27,274 nt of DNA from Candidatus Woesearchaeota archaeon (GCA_023269295.1 JAHFTU010000001.1:1-27274), one strand, 5' to 3'; positions 1 to 8,084 are shown, counted from the stretch's first letter. Translations and numbers: made by a program. The notes: generated from the letters alone by a model not told the origin.

Positions 1-1
1 G

Positions 2-268
2 CACCCTGTGATAACAGTAATAAGAAGCGCCAAGAAGCCACAGGACGTGTGCATAAATCCGGAATGCCAGAGTAAGGTTTCGGCTGACGCCAAAAAACAC
101 ATAGACGCGAACGAAAACACTAGCTGCAAAAAATGCGGCGAAGGCAAGATGGTGCTAAGAAGGAGCATCTACGGAAGCTTCCTTGGCTGCGACAAGTTCC
201 CGAAATGCAGGAACATAATAAAGATAAACGGGAACAAAAGGAATAGCTACGCGAAGAAGGAGCAATAA
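2..268 (+). CDS. topA: DNA topoisomerase I (type IA), C-terminal zinc-ribbon region; 5'-truncated by the window edge
   Basis: The frame is open from base 2. It contains CINPEC and the TopA C4 zinc-ribbon pattern CKKCGEGKMVLRRSIYGSFLGCDKFPKCRNI. Confidence 0.85.
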   Translation, partial: HPVITVIRSAKKPQDVCINPECQSKVSADAKKHIDANENTSCKKCGEGKMVLRRSIYGSFLGCDKFPKCRNIIKINGNKRNSYAKKEQ

Positions 269-312
269 AATAATAGACAATAGTTGTCGTAATTCTCCAA
301 TAAACATAAAGG

Positions 313-318
313 TTTAAA
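313..318 (+). promoter_or_regulatory. TATA box for the mgtC-like gene
   Basis: TTTAAA with a purine-rich upstream stretch (ATAAAGG), about 25 nt before the ATG at 344. This spacing fits a leaderless transcript. Confidence 0.5.
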
Positions 319-343
319 TCCAGCGAACAGAACAAAGCTGCAA

Positions 344-772
344 ATGGCTGCCAGTATACTTAGTAATGGGGAAGTTCTGATAAGGCTTGCCCTTGCACTG
401 CTTGCGAGCGCAGTTGTTGGCTACGAAAGGGAAAGAACAAAGCACCCGGCAGGGCTCAGGACCCACATGCTCGTCTGCGTTGGGGCAGCGCTTATTACGC
501 TCGTTTCAATAGAGATGTTCCCGGCAGACCACACAAAACTGGCAGCAGGCATAGTAACCGGAATAGGCTTTCTTGGGGCCGGAACAATATTCAAAGACAA
601 AAACAATGTCCGTGGGCTGACAACTGCGGCAAGCATCTGGGCAGTGGCTGGATTAGGCATGGCGCTCGGGGAAGGAGCTTATTTCATAACAGCAGCCGGA
701 ACCGCAGCCATACTATTTGTACTGGAACTCAGCAGGATACAAAAGCTTCTCGTAAACAGCATGCAAAGATAA
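344..772 (+). CDS. MgtC/SapB family membrane protein
   Basis: Family motifs GYERE...AGLRTHMLVCVGAAL, AAGIVTGIGFLGAGTI and GLTTAASIWAVAGLGMALG; several hydrophobic helices. Confidence 0.92.
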   Translation: MAASILSNGEVLIRLALALLASAVVGYERERTKHPAGLRTHMLVCVGAALITLVSIEMFPADHTKLAAGIVTGIGFLGAGTIFKDKNNVRGLTTAASIWAVAGLGMALGEGAYFITAAGTAAILFVLELSRIQKLLVNSMQR

Positions 773-783
773 TAAATTGCATC

Positions 784-2106
784 TCAGGAGAATTCCAGAA
801 TCCCTTTTGCTTCTGCAACCAGGCTTGGGCTGCTGCCGCCGTGCCAGGTTGCCCTTGGCCTAACCCTCAGCGGGTAAAGGCGCTCGTTTGTATCATCAAA
901 CAGCAAGGCAGCACCTTTAACTCTCGGCAGGTCATTGAGCGACTTGTCAAGTCCCTCGCGCATGTAGCTCTGCATCAGGGCGCCAAGCGCATCAACATCA
1001 AGCCGGGCAGTAACCCTGTGGGCTATGACAATGTCTGACTGAGTCATCACATCAGTATGAATCTGGCCAGGCTGCTGCGATGCAAGGACAAGCGAGATGC
1101 CAGGCTGGCGGCCCTCCCTCAAAATTGTGATAAGGGCGTTTGAAGCTGGGGTGGAGCCTTCTTTTGGGAGAAATTCATGAGCTTCGTCCAGGAAAAGCCA
1201 AACCAATGGCATCTCCTTTTTTTCATCAACATGCTTCCGCAAAAATGAAGTTGTCTGCTTTATGGAAGACAGTTCCTCAGCTTTCCTGATTACCATTCTC
1301 TCGTTAAATAGCTTCTTGGAAACAATGCTTATGACAAGGGCCCGGATGTTGCTTTTTATGCCAGAGACAGCATAAGGGCTCAGGTCCAGAACCGTAATCT
1401 GCCCGCCTATTGCAAGCTCGCTGATTGGCGTTGATTTCTCATCAAACAACCCCCACTCCTCTGAGGAAGAGAACATATTTTCAACTGCCGCTTTCACTTC
1501 ATCATTAGTGCGCTCGTCCTTGTTAACCCTGCCTATGATATCCTGGATTGAAAATTTAGGCTGCTCCTTTCGCAAGACGGAGATAACCCTGCCCATCAGG
1601 GTGCCAAAAGGGCTTGTAGGCTCAGTCTCAAAGATGTTGCACCAGTCTCCTGCGGAAAGCTCGGCAGGACTAATTGAGAAAGGCAAGTCAACAGGGATGC
1701 CACGCCCCTTATAGTCAGAAAAGCTTCCTGTAGGGGCGTAAATCCTCACGTTAAACCTCTGAAAGGGAATGCTCCACTCTTTCAGCAGCGCTTCGTCCCT
1801 CCGGTTTTCATATTTCATGGTCCAGAATATTCCCATAGTGTCAAAAATAACAACGCTAAGGTTCTTTGTAAACTCCGGCTCAAGCGACATCATGCCCTCT
1901 GATATGGCGCCAAGTGAAAAACTTTTACCACTGCCCCTCTTCCCAAACACAGAAACAACGTGGGAGCGGAGAACATCCATGTAAATGCCTGTTGACAAGG
2001 ATGTAGTCTGGCCCATCTTGACATAGTGCTTGCCAAGGAGAAAAGTGCCCTTATCGCCAAATGCCCTCCTGTCCTCCTCATCACGGCCAACAATAATCTC
2101 GTACAT
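784..2106 (-). CDS. HerA/FtsK-superfamily P-loop ATPase (DUF87-like)
   Basis: Walker A GKRGSGKS, Walker B LFLDEAHEF, REGRQPG arginine-finger region and ASQQP motif. GAGGT ribosome-binding site upstream. Confidence 0.85.
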   Translation of the reverse strand: MYEIIVGRDEEDRRAFGDKGTFLLGKHYVKMGQTTSLSTGIYMDVLRSHVVSVFGKRGSGKSFSLGAISEGMMSLEPEFTKNLSVVIFDTMGIFWTMKYENRRDEALLKEWSIPFQRFNVRIYAPTGSFSDYKGRGIPVDLPFSISPAELSAGDWCNIFETEPTSPFGTLMGRVISVLRKEQPKFSIQDIIGRVNKDERTNDEVKAAVENMFSSSEEWGLFDEKSTPISELAIGGQITVLDLSPYAVSGIKSNIRALVISIVSKKLFNERMVIRKAEELSSIKQTTSFLRKHVDEKKEMPLVWLFLDEAHEFLPKEGSTPASNALITILREGRQPGISLVLASQQPGQIHTDVMTQSDIVIAHRVTARLDVDALGALMQSYMREGLDKSLNDLPRVKGAALLFDDTNERLYPLRVRPRATWHGGSSPSLVAEAKGILEFS

Positions 2107-2169
2107 TCACAACCTCTTTTTAGCTGATACTGCTAAGGGGCAATAAATACTTTGCTATAGAGCTGTTTC

Positions 2170-2204
2170 TTGATCGACATTCTTTCGCAAAGAAGGTCGT
2201 GCGG
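2170..2204 (+). repeat. REP-like palindromic repeat, copy A
   Basis: TTGAT-CGACATTCTTT-CGC-AAAGAAGGTCG-TGCGG; same architecture as the copies at 8703, 10829 and 26151. Confidence 0.75.
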
Positions 2205-2208
2205 AAAC

Positions 2209-2216
2209 TTTATAAA
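2209..2216 (+). promoter_or_regulatory. TATA box for the translin-gatCA-aspS operon
   Basis: TTTATAAA about 24 nt upstream of the ATG at 2240. Confidence 0.6.
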
Positions 2217-2239
2217 ATCCCCATAGCTTCACCAAACCA

Positions 2240-2839
2240 ATGGCAAAAGGAAGCGGAGATGGAAACGGCATAAGCGATGAGTTCACAAGCCTCAAGAAAG
2301 ACATAGAATTCGTTGATTCAAAGAGGGAAGCACTTATAGCCCAAACGAGGGAAATCCTGAAGGCCTCAAAAGGGGCCATTTATTCGTTGCAGCGAGGAGA
2401 TAACAAGGCAGCTGAAAAGGCACTGGCAGAGCTAAAGCCAAAGATTGCCAGCCTCAAGCCATATTCTGAAGACGCAAACTACGCAAGCGTCACAAAGCCG
2501 CCAATCCAAGAGTATGTAGAAGCGGCTTGTTTCAGCGAGTTCATAGCAACAGGAAAAATACTGCCGAAAAAAGAGCTTGGCGTATCTGCCGAGAACTATA
2601 TCGCAGGGCTTTGCGACCTTTCCGGAGAGATTGTAAGGAAGGCTGTAAACGCTGCCATAAATGATGACACAAAGACAGTAATTTCAGCAAAAAAATTCAT
2701 TGAAAACCTCTACTACGGCCTGATGCAGTTTGACTTCAGGAATGGAGACCTTAGAAGGAAGTTTGACGGGCTCAAGTACGACCTGAAAAAGATGGAAGAC
2801 CTGCTACTAAGTCTTAAACTGCAAGGGAAGATAAAGTAA
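2240..2839 (+). CDS. Translin/Trax-family protein (archaeal C3PO-like RNase)
   Basis: All-helical 199 aa protein with QEYVEA and YIAGLCDLSGEIVRKAVN, the acidic active-site motifs of Trax-type proteins. Confidence 0.85.
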   Translation: MAKGSGDGNGISDEFTSLKKDIEFVDSKREALIAQTREILKASKGAIYSLQRGDNKAAEKALAELKPKIASLKPYSEDANYASVTKPPIQEYVEAACFSEFIATGKILPKKELGVSAENYIAGLCDLSGEIVRKAVNAAINDDTKTVISAKKFIENLYYGLMQFDFRNGDLRRKFDGLKYDLKKMEDLLLSLKLQGKIK

Positions 2840-2849
2840 AAGAGGGAAT

Positions 2850-3089
2850 ATGGCGGCCGCTCAACCGGATCAGGAAAAAATAAGGAAGCAGGCCAAGGCA
2901 GTCATGGATGAGTTCATAAAAGCCCTTGACAAGGTCGGGGAGATTTCTGGAAAGGTTGGGCTGGAAAGGGAGCAGACAACCAGAGAGCCCACAAAATCAA
3001 AGCCCAACAAGGATTTCAGGGAAAGGATGCTGAAAAATGCGCCGAAAAAAGATGGCGACAGCATAATCGCTGAAAAGAAGAGCTGGTGA
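2850..3089 (+). CDS. gatC: Asp-tRNA(Asn)/Glu-tRNA(Gln) amidotransferase subunit C
   Basis: 79 aa protein whose stop overlaps the gatA start (GTGA). The C-terminal MLKNAPKKDGDSIIAEK resembles the GatC tail. Confidence 0.75.
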   Translation: MAAAQPDQEKIRKQAKAVMDEFIKALDKVGEISGKVGLEREQTTREPTKSKPNKDFRERMLKNAPKKDGDSIIAEKKSW

Positions 3090-4495
3090 ACTGGGAAATG
3101 GCGGCAGCTTATTCTACACAACAAAAGCTGGAGCAGCTCAGGAAAGGCAAGCTGACTGCAGCTGAGAACGTGAAAGAATTTCTTGATGTAATTAAGAGGA
3201 AAAACAGGCAGGTAAACGCGATACTGCACGTCAATGGCAATGCTGTTGCTGAAGCTGAAGCTGTTGACAAAAAGATAAGGATAGGGAAAGCCGGGAAACT
3301 GGCCGGGCTGGCAATAGTTGTAAAATCAAACATCTCTGTTATTGGGTTGCCTGTAAGCTGCGCATCAAAAACACTGGAGAACTACTACGGGACTTTTGAT
3401 GCTGATGCTGTCGCAAAAATAAAGGCTGAAGATGGGATAATAATAGGCATGGCAAACATGGACGAGTTTGCGTGCGGCAGCTCAGGCGAGAGCTCGGCAT
3501 TCGGGCCAACAGATAACCCAGCGGCCCCAGGAAGAATACCAGGGGGCACAAGCTCTGGCTCGGCAGCGGCGGTAGCTGCAGGAATGTGTGACATAGCGCT
3601 GGGCTCTGACACCGGGGGCTCAATCAGGAATCCTGCTTCGCATTGCGGCGTTGTGGGCGTAAAGCCGAGCTACGGGAGGGTCTCAAGGTATGGCCTTGTT
3701 GACATGACCATGAGCTTTGACCAGATAGGGCCCCTCAGCAATGATGTTCACGGAGCCACCCTTATGATGGAAACTATTGCGGGCAAAAGCGGGAACGACG
3801 CCGCAACAATAGAGAAGAAAGTGCCGGCTTACACGAGTATATTGCAAAAAAGCGCGAAGGGGCTTAGAATAGGCATGTGCCCCGAGTTTGAGGCAATGTG
3901 CACTGACAAAAGAATCTACAAGCTCATTGAAGATGTTGCTGGCAAATTCGCTGCCACAACAAAAAGCGCGATCAAGAAAATAAAGCTGCCGCATGTTGAC
4001 CTCGCAATACAGGCCTATTACCCAATTGTCTATGTTGAGTTTTTCTCAGGCACCCGCAAATTTGACGGTCGCAAGTATGGAAAAAAGATAGAGGAAAGCT
4101 GCGGCGAGGAGGTGTTGAGAAGGATTCTGGGGGGAATGGAAATATCAAGGGCAGAGTACCATGGAACTTACTACAGGAAGGCGCTGAAAGCGAAAAAGCT
4201 CATTTCAGAAGGATTTGAGAAGGCGTTCAAAGACGTTGACATCATAATATCGCCAACAACGCCAATGCTGCCGCACAAGCTCGGGACAAAAATAACAGAT
4301 CCAAGAATAATGTATGCGTACGACGCTTACACCATACCTGCCAACCTTGCCGGAATCTGCGCCGGGGTTGTTAATGCAGGGAAAATCGAGGGAATACCTG
4401 TAGGCTTGCAGGTAATGGCGCCGGCATTCAAGGAAGAACTGATGCTGCCGGTAATGGCTGAAATTGAAAAACACTCAGAAAAACAATCTTTATAA
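3086..4495 (+). CDS. gatA: Amidotransferase subunit A (amidase signature family)
   Basis: Catalytic Lys in VKSNI, then ANMDEFACGSSGE, PGGTSSGSAAAVAAG and GSDTGGSIRNPASHCGVVGVKPSYGRVSRYGL. Confidence 0.95.
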   Translation: MNWEMAAAYSTQQKLEQLRKGKLTAAENVKEFLDVIKRKNRQVNAILHVNGNAVAEAEAVDKKIRIGKAGKLAGLAIVVKSNISVIGLPVSCASKTLENYYGTFDADAVAKIKAEDGIIIGMANMDEFACGSSGESSAFGPTDNPAAPGRIPGGTSSGSAAAVAAGMCDIALGSDTGGSIRNPASHCGVVGVKPSYGRVSRYGLVDMTMSFDQIGPLSNDVHGATLMMETIAGKSGNDAATIEKKVPAYTSILQKSAKGLRIGMCPEFEAMCTDKRIYKLIEDVAGKFAATTKSAIKKIKLPHVDLAIQAYYPIVYVEFFSGTRKFDGRKYGKKIEESCGEEVLRRILGGMEISRAEYHGTYYRKALKAKKLISEGFEKAFKDVDIIISPTTPMLPHKLGTKITDPRIMYAYDAYTIPANLAGICAGVVNAGKIEGIPVGLQVMAPAFKEELMLPVMAEIEKHSEKQSL

Positions 4496-4519
4496 ACGCT
4501 TTCTTGTTCTCTGGAACGC

Positions 4520-6271
4520 ATGCTTAGAACTCACACATGCGGGGAGCTGACCGCGAAAAACGTCAAGGAGATAGTAATGCTCGCTGGCTGGTGCCATTCC
4601 AGAAGGGACCACGGCGGGGTAATCTTCATAGACCTCAGGGACAGGTACGGGCTCATGCAGGTAGTTCTTGACCCCAGCCACAGCAAAAAAGTGCACGAGC
4701 TTGGGGAGAAAGTTGGCAGGGAGTGGGTAATTGTTGCCAAAGGCAAGGTCAGGAACCGCCCGAAGGACATGGTTAACCCCAAGCTGAGAACTGGGGAGAT
4801 TGAAGTTCTTGTTGATGAGCTTTCCATAATAACAAAATCTGCTGTCCCTCCGATTGAGATTGACGACAGGGTAGAGGCAGCTGAAGACATAAGGATGAAG
4901 TACAAGTATCTTGACCTGAGAAGACCAGTAATGCAGCAGCGGCTGGCTTTCAGGCACAAGGCGACCATAGCAGTAAGGGAGTATTTCAACAAGAATAAGT
5001 TCATTGAAATTGAAACCCCGCTGCTTGTAAGGTCAACGCCTGAAGGAGCAAGGGACTATGTAGTGCCAAGCAGGGTAAACCCTGGCAAGTTCTACGCCCT
5101 CCCGCAATCGCCGCAGCTGTACAAGCAGATACTGATGATTTCAGGATTTGACAGGTACTACCAACTGGCAAAATGCCTGAGGGATGAGGATTTGAGGGCG
5201 GACAGGCAGCCGGAACACACCCAGATTGACTTTGAGATGAGCTTTGTTGACGAAAAAGATGTAATGGGCTTCGTAGAAGGGTTGTACAAGCACCTGTTCA
5301 AGGAAATGCTCGGAGCTGATTTGAAAACACCATTCAAAGTTCTGACTCATGCAGAGGCAATTGATAAGTACGGGATTGACAAGCCTGACTTAAGATTCGG
5401 GATGGAGCTTATTGACGTAACTGAGATTGTTAAGAAATCAGAGTTCAAGACATTTGCAGCTGAAGAGCAGGTAAAATGCCTAGTTGCAGAGAAAGACTTT
5501 GGAAGGAATGAGATTGACGAGCTGATAGGATGGGCAAAGGAGAATGGCGCAAAGGGGCTGGCCTGGATGAGGGTGACTGAGAAAGGGCTGGAGTCATCCA
5601 TTGTAAAGTTCTTTGGCAGTGAAATACAAAAACATCTGCTGCAAAAAACAAAAGCCAAGAAAGGCACTGTGATGTTTTTCGTTGCAGACAAGAAAAAGAA
5701 GGTTGCTGAAGTACTTGGAAAGCTCAGGCTGGAGCTTGGGAGAAGGCTTGGCCTGATGAAAGCTGAAGAGTTCAACTTCTGCTGGGTAACGGATTTCCCG
5801 CTGTTTGAGTGGAACACGGAAGAGGACAGGTGGGAGGCAGCGCACCACATGTTCACCTCGCCAAAGCAGGAGCACATTGAACTGCTGGAAAAAGCGCCTG
5901 AGAAAGTCCTTGGCACTCTGTTTGACCTTGTACTGAACGGCACTGAGCTTGGCTCTGGCTCAATACGCATCAATGACCCTGAGCTTCAGGAGAGGGTGAT
6001 GAAAGTGGTAGGAATAGACCACAAGGCAGCTGAAGCAAAGTTTGGCTTCCTCCTTGAAGCATACAAATACGGAGCGCCAGTGCACGGCGGCATGGGAATA
6101 GGATTTGACAGGACTGTAGCACTAATGCAGGGGCTCCACGACATCAGGGAAGTGGTTGCATTCCCGAAAAACAAGAAAGCCGAATCGCCAATGGACGGCT
6201 CGCCATCTGAGATTGAAGACAAGCAGCTGAAAGAGCTGCATGTAAAGACTGATGTCTTAAAGAAAGAGTGA
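4520..6271 (+). CDS. aspS: Aspartyl-tRNA synthetase, bacterial type (GAD-domain insertion), probably non-discriminating
   Basis: MLRTHTCGEL...RRDHGGVIFIDLRD, PEGARDYVVPSR, ALPQSPQLYKQILM, FRDEDLRADRQPE-type motif 2 and GGMGIGFDR motif 3. It is 583 aa with a GAKGLAW-containing GAD insertion. Confidence 0.96.
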   Translation: MLRTHTCGELTAKNVKEIVMLAGWCHSRRDHGGVIFIDLRDRYGLMQVVLDPSHSKKVHELGEKVGREWVIVAKGKVRNRPKDMVNPKLRTGEIEVLVDELSIITKSAVPPIEIDDRVEAAEDIRMKYKYLDLRRPVMQQRLAFRHKATIAVREYFNKNKFIEIETPLLVRSTPEGARDYVVPSRVNPGKFYALPQSPQLYKQILMISGFDRYYQLAKCLRDEDLRADRQPEHTQIDFEMSFVDEKDVMGFVEGLYKHLFKEMLGADLKTPFKVLTHAEAIDKYGIDKPDLRFGMELIDVTEIVKKSEFKTFAAEEQVKCLVAEKDFGRNEIDELIGWAKENGAKGLAWMRVTEKGLESSIVKFFGSEIQKHLLQKTKAKKGTVMFFVADKKKKVAEVLGKLRLELGRRLGLMKAEEFNFCWVTDFPLFEWNTEEDRWEAAHHMFTSPKQEHIELLEKAPEKVLGTLFDLVLNGTELGSGSIRINDPELQERVMKVVGIDHKAAEAKFGFLLEAYKYGAPVHGGMGIGFDRTVALMQGLHDIREVVAFPKNKKAESPMDGSPSEIEDKQLKELHVKTDVLKKE

Positions 6272-6275
6272 GCCG

Positions 6276-6830
6276 ATGTTCACACTCATCACAGGCAACG
6301 AGCAGAAAATAAGGGAGTTTGAGCTTGTTCTGAAAGGCTCAGGGATAATGTTTGAGGTTCTGCGGGCTGAGAAGCCTGAGCTAAGATCTGATGACCCTTG
6401 CGAAATTGTGAAGGTTGCAGCCAAGACCTTTGCTGAGGAGCTGAGAAAGCCTGCTGTTGTTGAAGACTCTGGATTGTTTATTGAGGCGCTTAAAGATTTT
6501 CCGGGAACATGCACTAAGTATGTTTACTCAAGGATTGGCAACAGAGGAATACTGAAGCTGATGAAAGGTGAAAAGAACAGGCGGTGCTGGTACAAGTCTG
6601 CCGTCGGCTACTGCGAGCCAGGAAAAGAGCCGGTTTGCTTCCTCGGGGTTGAAGAGGGAAGGATTGCTGAGAAGGAAAAAGGCAAAGAAGGATGGGGGCA
6701 GGACCCAATATTCATACCGAAAGGTAAAAGCAAGACGTACGGCGAGCTTAGAATGGCTGGGGATGTTAATCTGTTCAGGAAAGATGCTGTTGAAGCGCTA
6801 AAACGCTATTTGAAGGGTGAGTCACTATGA
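6276..6830 (+). CDS. Ham1/RdgB-family non-canonical NTP pyrophosphatase with a divergent specificity motif
   Basis: ITGNEQKIRE, VEDSGLFIEALKDFPG and GWGQDPIFIP are present. The C-terminal SHR is replaced by LFR. Confidence 0.88.
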   Translation: MFTLITGNEQKIREFELVLKGSGIMFEVLRAEKPELRSDDPCEIVKVAAKTFAEELRKPAVVEDSGLFIEALKDFPGTCTKYVYSRIGNRGILKLMKGEKNRRCWYKSAVGYCEPGKEPVCFLGVEEGRIAEKEKGKEGWGQDPIFIPKGKSKTYGELRMAGDVNLFRKDAVEALKRYLKGESL

Positions 6831-7603
6831 ACGCAAGATCATTAACAGCTGGACTGGTGTACTATACGGGGAAGTTTTTTGCAAACCTAGTAACCATGCA
6901 CAAGTATGAAGCTGTAGGAACAGATGCAATACCAAAAAGAGAACCGTTTGTCATAATGGCAAGCCACGATTCTTCAATGAATATAATTGAGGATGGAAAC
7001 CTTACGACAAGACGCCTGAGCTTCTTGTCAAAGTCCGAGAACTACAACAATCCTGTTTTCAGCCTTCTTCAGCGGCTTGGCGGCCAGATAAGGTTCGATA
7101 GGAGTGGCGCAAACATGGATGAAGTATATTCAGGACTAGAGCACGCAGTTATTGATAATATCGGGATTGTGATTTACCCTGAAGGCACCCGGAATACAGC
7201 CCCCATAATTGGAAAAGCCGGGCGGCGCGTGATAGACATTGTTGGGCACGTTGTGGAGTTAAGCTCAAGGCACCATGCACGCATTTATTTTGTTGCATTA
7301 GGAAGGACAGTAGACGGAAGCGGTTATACAACAGTCACCTGCGAGCAGAAGGCATACGCCGAAAATGGGCAAATTGTCATTCCAGAGGGCAATGCAAAGC
7401 TTGAATATGAAATGCAAAAGCCGGAGGGGAAAGGCTTGGAATTCTTTGTAAACGGGCATATCATGCCAACGCTTGCAAGGCTAAGCCACAAAACCTACAA
7501 TCCATCCGTGAGCGCAATCATGATTGGCATGCTCAGCAAGCGAGGAACGAGACACCTACCAAAAAAGCCAGACCCCGGGAAGTCACCCACCAGAAATAAC
7601 TGA
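6827..7603 (+). CDS. PlsC-like lysophospholipid/glycerolipid acyltransferase family protein
   Basis: Motif order GTDAIPKREPFVIMASHDSSMN, FLSKSE, GQIRFDR, IVIYPEGTR matches acyltransferase blocks I-III. The ATG overlaps the upstream stop (ATGA). Confidence 0.75.
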   Translation: MNARSLTAGLVYYTGKFFANLVTMHKYEAVGTDAIPKREPFVIMASHDSSMNIIEDGNLTTRRLSFLSKSENYNNPVFSLLQRLGGQIRFDRSGANMDEVYSGLEHAVIDNIGIVIYPEGTRNTAPIIGKAGRRVIDIVGHVVELSSRHHARIYFVALGRTVDGSGYTTVTCEQKAYAENGQIVIPEGNAKLEYEMQKPEGKGLEFFVNGHIMPTLARLSHKTYNPSVSAIMIGMLSKRGTRHLPKKPDPGKSPTRNN

Positions 7604-7777
7604 CAGAATCTTCACTTCATCACTGTCAATTAGCCCGTCACTTTCTGTTACAAGGGTGTTGTTCCTTGCAACAAGGACTGTTGAAGGGTTCAGCTTGAGC
7701 TGCTGCAGAAGCTTTGAAACAGTGCCATTAAATCTCAGGTTCTTTTTTGAGTTTTCGCGCTCAATAAATATTTTCAT
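7583..7777 (-). CDS. MoaD/ThiS/SAMP ubiquitin-like small protein
   Basis: 64 aa from the ATG at 7777: TVSKLLQQLKLNPSTVLVARN...EVKILSVISGG, ending in di-glycine. It overlaps the convergent acyltransferase gene by 21 nt. Confidence 0.9.
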   Translation of the reverse strand: MKIFIERENSKKNLRFNGTVSKLLQQLKLNPSTVLVARNNTLVTESDGLIDSDEVKILSVISGG

Positions 7778-7865
7778 AATGGCTGCAATGGCTGTTAGGT
7801 TAATAAAGTTTGGCAATAAAAAATTTACAAAAGGCAGAAATCGGATAAAAATGGTAAATTCTGGA

Positions 7866-7877
7866 TTTATAAATACT
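7866..7877 (-). promoter_or_regulatory. TATA-containing box (AGTATTTATAAA) for the SAMP-like gene
   Basis: Exact inverted copy of the 12-mer at 8007-8018. Confidence 0.5.
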
Positions 7878-7951
7878 AGTAAGGATTGGCTTTGCAGCTA
7901 AAAACCGCCTGGGTAGTGAAATATGGCTTTTTAAGGCTTGCAGGGGCAATT

Positions 7952-7973
7952 TTCCACAGGAAATGGTGGGGCG
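7952..7973 (+). promoter_or_regulatory. Lone ORB-like element (putative Orc1/Cdc6 binding site)
   Basis: TTCCACAGGAAATGGTGGGGCG is identical at 17 of 22 positions to the ORB-like box at 22784-22805; all five mismatches are transitions. Confidence 0.5.
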
Positions 7974-8006
7974 TTTGTGACTGGATTGCCTTTGTTTAAA
8001 AACAGC

Positions 8007-8018
8007 AGTATTTATAAA
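8007..8018 (+). promoter_or_regulatory. TATA-containing box (AGTATTTATAAA) for tbp
   Basis: TTTATAAA upstream of tbp, with a GGGGTG ribosome-binding site at about 8070-8075. Confidence 0.55.
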
Positions 8019-8084
8019 CAAGAAGTAACTTTTGCTTAAAAATAGCTTAAAAGGCTTTAACATATTTCGGGGGTGTTTATCAGA

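Noticed and set aside
276-288. Small hairpin GACAA-TAG-TTGTC after topA
   Set aside because: A 5-bp AT-rich stem is expected by chance and is unrelated to the repeat family.
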